The notes below the pieces were generated by a model. The model searched no databases. It saw nothing but the letters and a program-made list of their open reading frames with translations, and was not told the origin of the DNA. Source: Ministeria vibrans ATCC 50519 (taxonomy: Eukaryota; Protista; Filasterea). Taken from it: a stretch of 64,000 bases of DNA. The stretch is from contig CALSCP010000692.1 of assembly GCA_943704425.1 (NCBI GenBank), positions 1 to 64,000 on the forward strand, given 5' to 3'. Below are positions 14,135 to 29,000 of the stretch, piece after piece (the first letter of the stretch is position 1; each line of letters opens with the position of its first letter). The position numbers and the translations under genes are program-made.

Positions 14135-15422
14135 TTATTCCTTCTTCTCTTGCTCCTCCAGAATACTGCCGAGGGCGGTGGCAAACGAGTAGACATCAGC
14201 AAAGGTATTGTACAGCGGACAGGGAGCCTAAGCACACATACGAGTAAGTACACAAGACAGAGATCATATATGTATCGTACAACGCGAATGACGTGAGGCT
14301 CACGGACATCACACACAAACCCTCTGCGGTCGAGAATCGCATGGACGGGCCGCACATTGGGCCCAATCTCAATTGACAGCTGACAACCCCTCTACGTGCA
14401 AAACAGACAATCCAGCAATCAGTGCATATGAGTGCGTGTGGCTGTGCATGAAACCTGCGCTGGGTCTGAGGGCGTGATGATGCGGTAACGGCCAGCCACT
14501 TGGGCCAGGAGCAGCGCCTCAAGGTAGCCAGTAAGCAAACGCGACTTGGCGGTGAGAGCAGCCATAGACGTGCGGTCAAAGATGTCGAGGGAGGCGCGCA
14601 AAGAGACCGTCTGCAGCACTGGAGGGTTGCTTAGCTGGTACCGACTGGCATCCGCAATCGCATCAAACTCTAGGGAGAGACAAAGGAGAAAGAAACAAAG
14701 TGATAGAGAGAGAGAGAGAAAGTGATAGAGAGAGAAAGAAATAAAGTGATAGAGAGAGAGGGAGAAAGGAGGGAGAGAGAAAGAAATAAAGTGATAGAGA
14801 GAGAGAGTAAGGAGAAAGAAACAAAGTGATAGAGAGAGAGAAAGTGATAGAGAGAGAAAGGAGGAAAAACAAATTGATAGAGAGAGAGAAAGGAGAAAGA
14901 AACAAAGTGATAGAGAGAGAGAAAGGAGAAAGAAACAAAGTGATAGAGAGAGAGAAAGGAAAAAGAAACAAAGTGGTAGAGAGAGAGAAATGAAAAAGAA
15001 ACAAAGTGATTTTGAGAGAGACAAAAGAGAACGAAACAAAGTGATTGTGTGTGTGTGTAGGAGATAGGGTTTTAGGGTTAAAACAGTGCCTCATTGTGCG
15101 TGTCTTTGCATACCGTTGATCATTTGAAAGCGATTAGTTGGGTTATTGCCCCACCAACCCGCAAACCTAAGAGGACCGATCAGAGTAAGAACGCGCACAC
15201 AACACACATTGAGAGACTGACATGGGAAGGGACTGTGCAAAGTGGTCGCTGTGGAGGAATGCGCCAGCAATGCCCCCAGGCCCACTGTTAAGGTACTTGT
15301 ACGAGCACCATGCGGCAAAGTCAACGCCCCACTCGTGCAGCGACAGCTGTGCATTGCCCACTGCATGTGCTAGGTCAAACCCCACTCGCGCACCCTACAG
15401 CATCATATGAGTGTAAGTGTAA

Positions 15423-15453
<31 letters not shown>

Positions 15454-16508
15454 AATATGTGTCCCTCTCGCTGTCTCTTACCGCGCCCTTGGCTGCTGAC
15501 GTGATTGTCTTCATGTCAAACAACTGTCCGGTGTAGTACTGCACTCCACTGAACATGACCAGTGCCAGTGACTCACGGTGCTCCTCAATCAGTGCCACAA
15601 TGTCCTATCACCCCACTCCAATCAATGCAACTCTCTTGATTTTCTCTCTTACTTCGGTACGCAGGGTCTCTTCGCCCTCGCGTGGCTTTGCCAGAATCAT
15701 TGAGGTGCTTGGGTCCAGCTTGTGAAATCGAATCTGACTCTCAATCGCATACTACTCAAATCATTTCTGAAAAGGGTTCAAACACACAGCGTGTTTCTTA
15801 CGTGGTCCGACGGGAATGCATGTTCCTCAATGATGATCTTGTGGCGCTGCGGCGTTGGCGCGTAGAACGACACAAGCATCAGATGCAGATTGGTCGTGAG
15901 TGAGTTCATAATGACCACTTCGTTGGCACTCGCACCTGAAACAAACCCAACGTGTGTCTCATGTCTCTCCTCCTCCCCTCTCCCAAAACTCACCCACAAC
16001 ACGGCCCATGCTCTCACGGCAAATCTCCCCAATGTCAACCCACGGGCGTGGTCGTCGGCTGTCAAAGTGGCCAATGACACCGCTGCAGAAGAACAACGGT
16101 CAGACGGACAGCCCTCTCACTTCCACATGCGACCCGCTTACAGCTTGCTCCACTTGTCAAGTTCTTCGTTGACCATCGCTGCAGTGCCCCGTGGCTGCAG
16201 ACCCAGCGAGTTCCCGCACAAGTAGACACAGTGGCGTTCTTTGTCGCTGGTGTTTTCCGCTTCTGTCGAACGCAAAGCGCGTTTCAATGGTGCGATGCCA
16301 CACGCCGCGACCGTCTTACCAGGTACATCGGCCGCCTTGGGGATACAGAAGTCCTCGCGGAACGGGGCAAGCGGGTCCTGCTTGTCCAGCAGCGACGCCA
16401 ACGCACAGTCGGTGATCGCCTGCACACAGCGAACAAGAGCTCAGCCGCCATGCCGTTCCATCAAATTCTTACCAGATTGTGCTCACTCGCGATATCACGC
16501 ACACTCAT
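14135..16508 (-). CDS. KYNU: Kynureninase (PLP-dependent)
   Basis: [98 protein letters not shown]. Confidence 0.95.
14685..15043. repeat. Intronic minisatellite, approximately 30-35 bp units (GAAACAAAGTGATAGAGAGAGAGAAAGGAGAAA)
   Basis: About ten degenerate AAAGTGATAGAGAG units within a KYNU intron. The same unit recurs at other introns. Confidence 0.85.
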
Positions 16509-16620
16509 TGGAAAGAAAGAAGAGCAGGAAAAAAGAAAAAAAAAAAAGGAAAGAATAACTAACTCCCGTTTCATAAAAGAATAAAAAAATCCGTTCTTTA
16601 TCCTTTCAAAAAAGTTTAGA

Positions 16621-17868
16621 ATGTCTGAGAAACAACCGCTACTCGGAACTGGGCAACCGCCGAATGGGGGTGGGGGTGCGAGCGGGGCAGTCGAGCCGTC
16701 AGCGCCCCCTGCGCCGGGCGACTCGGCCGAGCTGGCTGTGGCCGAACTGCCGCCCGCGTACGAAGACGTCTACTCGTACCAGCCGCCCACGCACGATGTT
16801 GTCGTGCCCATCCACTCCACCAGCGGCTACCCACGTAAGGCTCTTTCCCGTCCGTCGACCCCCCTTCCCCTTTTGTCTCCCACACCCGTCCTCCCCCCCC
16901 CCGCCCGCTCCCTCGCGTCGTCCATCCCCCGTCCACGCCGGTGGCTAGTGCAGCGTGGATGTGGCGCGGTCGTCGTGCGCCCTCTGTACTGCTGAACGGG
17001 GCGCTGGTTGTCGTCCAAATTGGTGATTCCCCAATGAGTGTGTCATCCCGCTCCTCTCCTGCGTAGAGATCACGCCGCCCTTCCAAGAAGTCGTAACGGG
17101 CCCCACATACCAAGCGAATGGAGGCCCGCCAGCGCCGGGGGTGCCTGCGGGCGATGTGCTTGCCGTTGCTTGCGAAGGGTGTCAGAAGGTCACAGAGTGC
17201 TTCTCCCTCTCGCCCCGCTGACAGGCTTGACTTAGGTGGTCACTTACCCTCGTGGACGACGCATTGTACGGTGTAGCTGCCAGTACATGACGCCCGTCAT
17301 GGCACCGCCGCCGTCCAAAAAGTATTTTCGCTGTGCCTGTCGTACTCTCTGCACAGTCTCCGTCAACGCCAGTGCCGTGCGCTGTCCCCGCTGCCGCGCC
17401 ACGACCATTATTGGACCGCCTCCACTGGGACAACGGAGAGCACGATGCGGGTAAGAGGGATGGAGAGAGAGAAAGGTGAACTCATATGTCTTTGCAGTGG
17501 ATGCAACACGCTTGTGGTGGCACCTGTGCGACGCTCCGCCGCCGTATGCCCTGTCTGCCGCGTCTCAGTCATATTTGATCCATTGCTTTTTGGTCGACGC
17601 ATGCGACGTTATACTGTTCTCGGTACGACGTTACGTCTTCGTACTTGAAAAATACTGCAGATGGACTCAGCATACACACACATACGTAGGATTTGTTTTG
17701 GTTGCCATTGGGATTGGAGTGACTCTGGGGGTCTCAGCTGGCACGGACGACACGTTTGGGCCGGTGGAAGTGTTGGGAGCAGTCCCCATTGTGCTTGGCG
17801 CTATCTTTTTACTCATTGCGCTCGTCATGTTCTCGCGCAAGAAGAGCGAAGCGATTCCAGAAGCATAA
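16621..17868 (+). CDS. TMEM55/PIP4P-like protein (Cys-rich repeats + two C-terminal TM helices)
   Basis: N-terminal SEKQPLL dileucine and PPAY motifs; APPPSKKYFRCACRTLC..VRCPRC; two hydrophobic helices at the C-terminus. Confidence 0.7.
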
Positions 17869-18040
17869 TCCCTCTCTCTGTTCCCTGTGTGTGTACACTA
17901 CTTACTCTCAATGTTGTATCAGTCCACTTTGATTAAGCATTCTGCTCTGGTATTGCCATTAAGGGAGTGAGACACACATAGACACACGCTCATGCATGTA
18001 CCATTTTTTGTTATTATGACAATAATATTGCTTAATATTG

Positions 18041-20946
<2,906 letters not shown>

Positions 20947-21719
20947 TTCGATCGGCAGTCAACAGAGTCAGCGGCGATGCAGATACACAGGGTGTTTGGT
21001 AGCTGGTTGGAAGGGGCGCGAGTGTGCAGAGGCAAGATGGATTTGGGAGAGAGGGTCGCACGAAGCGAGCAAGGTGAAGGAAAGCGATTGATCATTGAAT
21101 TTTGAAATGAAATTAATCAATCACACGTGAAACACGCCATGTCTCAAGATGACTAGAGAGCAAATTGATCTGACGGAAAGGGATAATCAAAGCCGTGAGT
21201 AGCCGTCACACTATTAACAACGTTTATCAAGAAATGGCATGACTCATTGTTCCGCCCACCTTTGGAAGTAAGCGGGAACGTTCTCATGCTCATACAAAAT
21301 CGACATTTCTCTCTCAATCGCACTCTCGCTCTTTCCCTCTCTCAGCATTGCACTCCGCACACACTCGCTGTACACACCCCTCCAGTTCAACGCCAAGACG
21401 GTACTCGTAAACTCGGACGAGTGTCGAGTGCGCAGGTGAGCAGGCAGATTGCTCGAGTTTGCCTGACTTGAACTTATTTAGTGGTTTTGGTTTATGGGCT
21501 TCTTTCGGGACATTCTCGTCTTGAAGTCTACAGAGTACAGACTACGGCGGAAGTATAGTGCTGCTCTTTGTTTGTATATAGTTTGTTTTGACATTGAGTA
21601 CAGCTCTCGATTCTCTATTTATTTTCTTATTTAGTGAAGATTGAAGAATTTTCCATTTAAGACTTAAGTAGTTATTAGTTAAGTTTTAACTTTCTTTCGT
21701 CTCTTCACTCAGGACCACC

Positions 21720-22435
21720 ATGGACACAATCACCTCCATGGTCATCGGCAACAAGGTCGACTCCATGACCAAGGACCTTGGCTTTGGAGGCAAAGACGAA
21801 GAAGACGATCCGGTAAGCACTCTGCTCCCACTGCCTCTCCCTTTGCTGCAGTACCACGGAAGGCACCCTCCCACCCTCCCTCTCGCCCCCCCCTGTCCCT
21901 GGCGACGACCTGCTTCCACCTGCTTCTTCTGCTGTTCGCGAATCTTTGTCTTCTTTTGTGCTATTGCCGTCCAACCTCTCCTGCCGACGCGTCTCATCCT
22001 CCTCGGTGGCCTACCAATGTGGGTACAGAGGCAGACGACTCTTTTACTCCATCGCACTCTCGTTTTCTGTTGTTTTGTTGTCGTCATCGAACTTTTGTCT
22101 CTCTCCGCTTGCGCAGCACAAGGCGGAGCAGGACACTCTGAAGGGCAAGAAGAAGCGCGAGGCGGAGGTAAGAGGGCTTGCCAAGCCGCGCGCCTTTACT
22201 CACCATGGTGTTGTTGTGCATTGGACAGCAACGCAAGTACGCCGAGCAAGAGGCGGCACGCAAGGCCAAGCACGCCAAGGAGAGGGAATCGCGCGAAATC
22301 GAGCGACAGAAGATCAGAGACAAGTACAATCTGAAAGGGGCTGGGAGACAGCCTGCCAAGAAAGCATCGACCTCGGCGCCCGCTCCTGCTGCTGCTGCTG
22401 CCCCCGCAAAGGACGACAGCTGCTCCGTCATGTAA
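21720..22435 (+). CDS. Complexin-like protein with C-terminal CAAX box; exons 21720-21812, 22117-22167, 22229-22435
   Basis: MDTITSMVIGNKVDSMTKDLGFGG..EQEAARKAKHAKERESREIERQKIRDKYNLK..CSVM*. Central helix signature R.xIRDKY; strong Kozak context (accaccATGg). Confidence 0.82.
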
Positions 22436-22492
22436 CCAATAAAAAAAATGTTCCAAAGGATTGTGCGCAAGAACTGTGTTTCATGTTTCTTT

Positions 22493-23986
22493 TTAATTGG
22501 CTCCAAGAGGGTCAAAGGGGTCGTCGTCGTCGTCGTCAAAAGGACTCTTCTCGGCAAGTGGGTCGTGGGCAGCATCAACTACTTCCGGCTCAGACACCGG
22601 CAGCGCAGGGGTATCTTCTGCTGCCTCCACATGCGGCACCACGGCCTCCTCCTCCTCCACCTCGACCTTCTTCTTCTTGCCCTTACTGCTCTTCGCACTG
22701 CTCTCATGGCTCTCCGCCGTCGTGACTGCCACTGCTGTCTTCCCGCTTTTCTTCTGCGCTCGCAGTGTCGCAGTCAGTTCCTCATTCCGGCGACATTCCT
22801 AAACATCCCACAAAACCAAGTTAATCTTATCTCTCAGTTTATGAGGGGGAGGGGGTACCTCTTGGAAGTCACGGACAGTCTTGTAGTACTCGCGTTGCTT
22901 GTCTACCAGAGCCAAATAGGTCGCATTGAGCGAATCCCGACGTGTCTTCTCAGTGCCCTGTCGTGTCTCAACCTACTCCAAACATACACCGCGTGAGACC
23001 ACACAAAACGTGTGTGTGTATGAGTACCTTCTCAAGGTTTCCGCGCACACCCGCCACAATCTGCTCAAACTGGCGCATAAATGTATCGCGATTGGCATTT
23101 GACGACATGGCCCGTCCAAAGTTGTCGTGGATCGAACTCAACAGCTCTATACACACACACACACACAATCACACACACACATTGGGGCGTTAGGCTACAG
23201 ACGCGCCCACTACCTGGCTACATTGTACCTTGTTCCTTCTCCATGTACCGCTTTGAGTCGTCCAATGTGTTGTAGAACGTGTAGTACTGTTTTGTCTCAC
23301 TCAATTTCGAGGCAATCTATGCAACACACACACTCACATTTTCAATCTCTTTCTCTCTTACGATACACGCCCTTACCTGATTGTACAGCTCCACAAAGCG
23401 CTTCTGGTACTGTGCCAGTTCTGCGCGCGAAGGAATCTCATCAATGTGGCGCTGCACAAGCACAATCTCGCGCAACTTGCGCCCCAGCAGCACACGGATC
23501 TTCTGCAACTTCTCCTGGTCCTTCTCGTACTGCCGTTGAATCATGAGAATGCGCGCCTGTTCGTCTCCTTCGCCCGTCAGTGCGTCGGAGCGCATCTTGT
23601 CAATCTCTCCTTCTAGACGCGCCTTCTCCTCGACACACGACCGCTTGAATTGCCCTTCGCTTTCCTTCAGCGACTCGTTCATCGCAATCAGACTCTTGAG
23701 CTTGCTGATAATCGCGCGGTTCTCTTCCGTCTCCAGCGCATCAAACTTGGCCATTTCGCGATCAATGCGTCCGTTGTAGTTGAGGGCCTTGCGCAGCTTC
23801 TCCTGCGCCGCCTCAAACTCCGCCATGACACTCGCATGGGCCTCGCTCACGGCCGTCAGTCGCTTCTCACCCTTGCCCACCTGCTTTTCCAGCGACGCCA
23901 CTGCCCGCTTGTGCGCAGACGCACCCGACGTGTCCGCAGTCTCAAGCTCACCTGATGGAAACAAAAGTGAGTAAAAACATGCGAGA

Positions 23987-24024
<38 letters not shown>

Positions 24025-25447
24025 CACACACACATGACAAGAAAATGAAACACCACCAACAAGTCGCACAACAGCAACAACAATGACAACGCCAACAACA
24101 CCACACAAACATCACCATCCACAACAACAACTACCAACAATCACACCTTGGAGGGCCTTGTAGCGGCTCATCATCTCACGGATGGCATCGCCCTGCACAC
24201 CCACAGCACTGCGCCAATTGTCACCCAGCGAATCACCCTCTTCCGTCTGCGCCAGTCCCCCCATGAGTGCCTGGATGCGCTCGGCCTCGGCCAGAGCCTC
24301 TGCGCTCTCCTTGTTGGCATCTTCGTCTCCTTCCGCCCCCTTCTTCTTCTTCTTCTTCTTGCTTCCACCATCGTTGTTGTCGTCCCGCCCAATGCGGTAC
24401 CGGTGGCCATACTCGAGCAGCGTTGTCTGCACGCGCGTCGCCTCGTCGCCCTTGTTGCGGGCCGCCCGTGTCACGTTCGACGTGGGCTGCCGGAATCGAC
24501 GCTCCGCCTTGTATGAAGACTAAATGCGCGTGTAAGTATCAACGCGCAAATCACAACCTCCCTTTACCTTGACGGTGGACACGGCCGACATGGCCGATGG
24601 TTTGCGCGTGTCAAACTCAATGTCCTGTGGCAACTGGCGGTGCTTGTTGAACTGCGATTCGCTGTACTTGCGAATGTAGTCGCCCATCTCGGCTCGCGTC
24701 TCAATGACACGCTTGACAAGCCACTGGATCACAGGGAAAATGTGAATGTAATCCAAACCTTGGATCTGATGGGGCTCAATGCGGTGCGGGCACTTCATGC
24801 GAGGCAGCGCAGCGACAATCTTCTCAGTCAGCGCACTGGAGGAAGCGAAACAGAGAAAGAGAGAAACAATCAAGTGAGACACTGGATTCATATATATATA
24901 TAATAATAATAATAATAATAAATTATATAATTATTATGATTATTATAATAATATTATTAGTATTATAGACAAAGGGAAAGAAGAGAAAAACAAACGTACA
25001 TCTTTTGACCGATGGTAGAGTTCTCTTGGAAGAGCAGGTCGACGTCGAGGTCGACCTGGGACATGGTGATGGACCAGGACATGCCCCCCACGACCTGCAC
25101 GCGGCAAACGCCAAGGAGGGGGCGGAGAGAGTGAGCAAAGACGACGACGCTTCGCATTGCTGCGTCTCCCTCACCTTGTCAAACGGCTCCAAGCCATTGA
25201 TGCGCGCACGGAAGTAGCCCGCGACAAGGAGCAGCTCAATGATTTCGTTGTATTTGACTTCTTGCTCGGAATCAGCACGCACCTGGCGACGACAGAGGCG
25301 CTGATGAGCCCAGAGAAAAGAGAAAAAAAAAAAAAAAAAAAAAAAACTTTGTCTCACATCAAATTCACGCTCTTTTCCGTCCGCATCAACGTCACGCTTG
25401 ATCTTGCCCTTCGCGGGCTTCAACTTGACACCGGCAAACACAGACAT
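22493..25447 (-). CDS. CCDC93: CCDC93 (CCC/Commander complex)
   Basis: [21 protein letters not shown]|[71 protein letters not shown]. Confidence 0.95.
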
Positions 25448-26002
25448 TTGCAATTTTTTTGTTGTTGATTAGTGACTGGCGATTTTTTTCAATGATCATT
25501 CAAACGAGTTCGACTGTTAATTTGATTAATAATCTCTAATCTCACTATTCTCTCTCTGTCGCGCTCTACCGGCCAAGTATGCTACACTTTGTCCACACTA
25601 CCATCGCTTAAGAACCGTTGCGCGCCCTCTCATTCCCTCTATTTATTTTTCTTTGACGTGAATCATGATCATTGCCAAAACCCCTTCTTTAACGGGTCCT
25701 CGTCCGTCTCCTGTCAGCCCTACACGCACCACAGCACGCAATATGCCCACTGCCGGCCACGAGACGTGTTTACTGTTCCCTGGAGAGTCAGGGGGCGTTT
25801 CAGAACGTTCGTCTCTCTGTCGCGTCTTCTTTCGCTCCTCCTCCTGGCCCTGCGCCGCCTCTCAACGCTGCTGCACCCCTCCCCGCAACATACCCCACGT
25901 GATAGTCAATGCAGCGGCGTGGCTTTTGCCTGCGCCATTGAGACGAGAAGGCGAAAAAGTCACTAAGAGCGTTTTTTTTTTCTCTTCTTTTTCACACAAG
26001 AC

Positions 26003-29000
26003 ATGAGCGGCAGCGACGACGATGCTCCTGTGGGGCCTGTGGGCGACAGCGACGACGATGCGCCCGTTGGGCCTCCGCCTGCCGACTCGCCGGTCGCCCA
26101 TTACGACGACGACGACGACGATGATGACGAGGAGGAGGAGGAGGATGGGGTGAATCCTCTGGCGGCACTCGTAGCGGGACCGCTGGCGGACGACGACGAC
26201 GACGACGAGGAAAGCGATGGAGGCGAATACGATCCGACCAAGGGTCGACGCGGTAGGGGTGGTGCCGACGACGACGACGACGATGCCGACGACGACATTG
26301 ACGACCCAGAGGACGACGACGATGGTGATGGTGATGACGACGACGGCGCCAAGGCAGACGACGACCATGATGAGGATGAAGATGATGACGACGATGAGGG
26401 ACCCGTTCGACGAAAGAAGACGCATGCACAAAAGAAGCGCAGTCGTCGTGTGATTGATGATGACGACGACGACGATGATGACGAGGAAGAAGAGGACGTT
26501 GGCGAGGGCGACAAGGACGACAGTTACAACGAGCGCAAGCGACGCCACGAGAGCGACGGGAGCGAACTGGACTCTGATGACCTTGAGTTGATCAAGGAGG
26601 CACAGGAGAAGGCGCTGGTACAGGAAGGACGCTCACGCAAGCGAGCCAAAGACACAGAGAAGAAACAGAAGAAGAAGAATAAGAAGCAGAAGACGGCCAA
26701 GACAGCCAAGCTGAGTGCGTTTGCGCAACAGTTTGTCGAGAGCAGTGCGAGTGTTGACAAGGGCGACGAAGACACGGAGAGTGGTGCGCCGCCGAAGAAG
26801 AAGAAGCGACGCCGCGACGACTTTGTTGCCGACTCGGATGAGGATTTGGAAGAGGACGACGATGATGCACTGGCGCGATTTGAAGCGTTTGACGAGGAGA
26901 TGGCTAGCGATGAGGAGGACCTGTCGCCGCCGGGTTCCGACGAGGAGGAGGACGACGAGGAGGAGGGAGGCGACTCGGATGGCGATGGGGGCACAGCGGC
27001 ACTCTTGGGTGGGAAGTCGAAGAAGAAGAAGAAGAAGGCGACGGGGGCTGCTGCACCGCCGGCGTCGTTGCGTGTGGATGACGAGTTTGGTGACTTTATT
27101 GAGCACGATGGGTCTGAATCGGAGCACTCCGAGGACGAAGAGATGGACGATGGTGTTCGCTTTGAGGTGGATATTCTGAAAGAGGGCCAGAATGAGGCAC
27201 TGGGCATTTTCGGGGAGCTGTATCATGGACTGCTTGACGGCGCGACCGCCTTGGATGCGGATGTGGAGGACGACTTTGATGACGGCGACTACGACCGACT
27301 CAACGAGGAGGACGAGGAGATTATCGAAGAGGGTGGTGACGACGCTGACGCGGCCACGGCACGGATGGCGGAGCGACAGCGAAGGCGCGAGGAGCGTCGC
27401 AAGGAGCGTGCGATTGGGCTCGAGCAGGCGTACGAGCCGGCCGAGCTGGTGCGCTCGCTGATGACCGCGTCGGACACTCTCATTCGTGCTACTGATTTTC
27501 CCGAGCGACTGCAGTCGCTGCAGAAGCTGCGTCAGACACACACAGAGGCGCATGGTGCGGGCTTTGCTGAAGAAGCCGAGTGGATCTATGTCAATGGGTT
27601 TGGGGGGCGACCCAAGAGTGACGATGGCAGTCGACGGGCGGCGCGCTCGCTCCACCGCGACGTCCGCTCGTTCATTGTGGACATCCGTGAAGGATCTGCC
27701 TCGGGTGCCGTCAAGGGCATTACCAATGCGCTACGGCTCATTTTCCAGGACGGCTTTGAGCCGGCGTTTGTGGCGACATACCGTGTCGACGACCTCCTCG
27801 ACCTGGCACAGTCGTACCACAGCGAGGTGTTGCCCACCGAAGACATCATGTTGCGACTGTACGTGATGCTTGACTGGGACGAGCGCTTTCTGCGACTGCA
27901 CGCTGGCAAGCGACGACTCCTTCAGCTGTGCGACCAGGTGCGCGACTCGCTGCTTGAGGCTGAAGCCTACGATGGCGCTGATCGCGTAGTGGTCGAAACG
28001 ACGCGACTGGCACTGCAGGATGACGCAGAGGAGCAGGCACACCTGGCCAACGGCGGCATCGAAGTGGACCACGAGCTGGCCGACATGGAGCAGCGCATGG
28101 TCTTCTACTTTGCCGATCGCATAAACACAGCCAAGAAGGGGACTGGCCAGCACCAAATGCCCGCCCAGCACACCAACTACCGACACTGTCTCTCGTCGGG
28201 CGTCGGTGCCATCACCCGCCACTACGGCATTCCCGTGCACAAGCTCGGGCGCAACATTCTGCTGGGCAAGGCGCGCCACGAGATTGAAGAGAGTGAGCAG
28301 GACCCCAACGATGTTGCCGAGGAGTTTGTCGACCCAACGGTTGAGATGCGCAAGAGCTCTAAACGTGTGCTTGCTATGGCACGGTACATGGTTGCGCAAG
28401 AGATTGTTTTTGATCCAAACATTCGCGCGGCGGCACGCGATAGTTTCTTCGACCTTGGCTCGGTGACGGTGCGCGCCACGGCCAAGGGACTCAAGGAACT
28501 CGACTCGCACCACCCTTACTCGGCATTTGCCTTTCTCACCAACAAGCACCTGGACGAGTTTAAGGACGACCAGTTTCTTCACATTTTGCGTGCTGAAGAG
28601 CAAGGTCTTGTCAATGTGTACGTGCGTGGCGAGCGTCTGCTGGCCGGTGAAGATCCTGCCAGTCCTGCTGTCGCGTCGCGCTGTCCCGAGTTTGTCGAGC
28701 GTGCCTTCCGTGTCTACCACGAGACGGAGCTTGACCTGTGGAACCCCGAGCGACGTGCAGCTCTCGAGAACGCTATTGTGTATGGTCTATTCCCGCAGTT
28801 TGCTCGCGAAGCACGCATGGCACTGCGCAAGCGTGCCGAACTGCACGTGCTGCATCAATGCTTTGTCGACATGCTCAAGCGTGCCATGAGCCCGCCTGTG
28901 CCTCGGACGCTTTTGCCGCTTCGCAGCGATTTTGGTGGTGACGAAGTGGCGTACGACGCGGAGTTGCGCGACTACGAGTCGTCCGTGTGCGGCACAGTCG

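Noticed and set aside
14419-15094. Hydrophobic LSLSL/FFLL ORFs resembling membrane proteins, and CRISPR-like periodicity
   Set aside because: Translations of an intronic CT minisatellite; no unique spacers or cas genes, and the context is eukaryotic.
17290-17410. Active PI(4,5)P2 4-phosphatase call for the TMEM55-like gene
   Set aside because: The CX5R motif is not evident at the expected position, so only family-level similarity is claimed.
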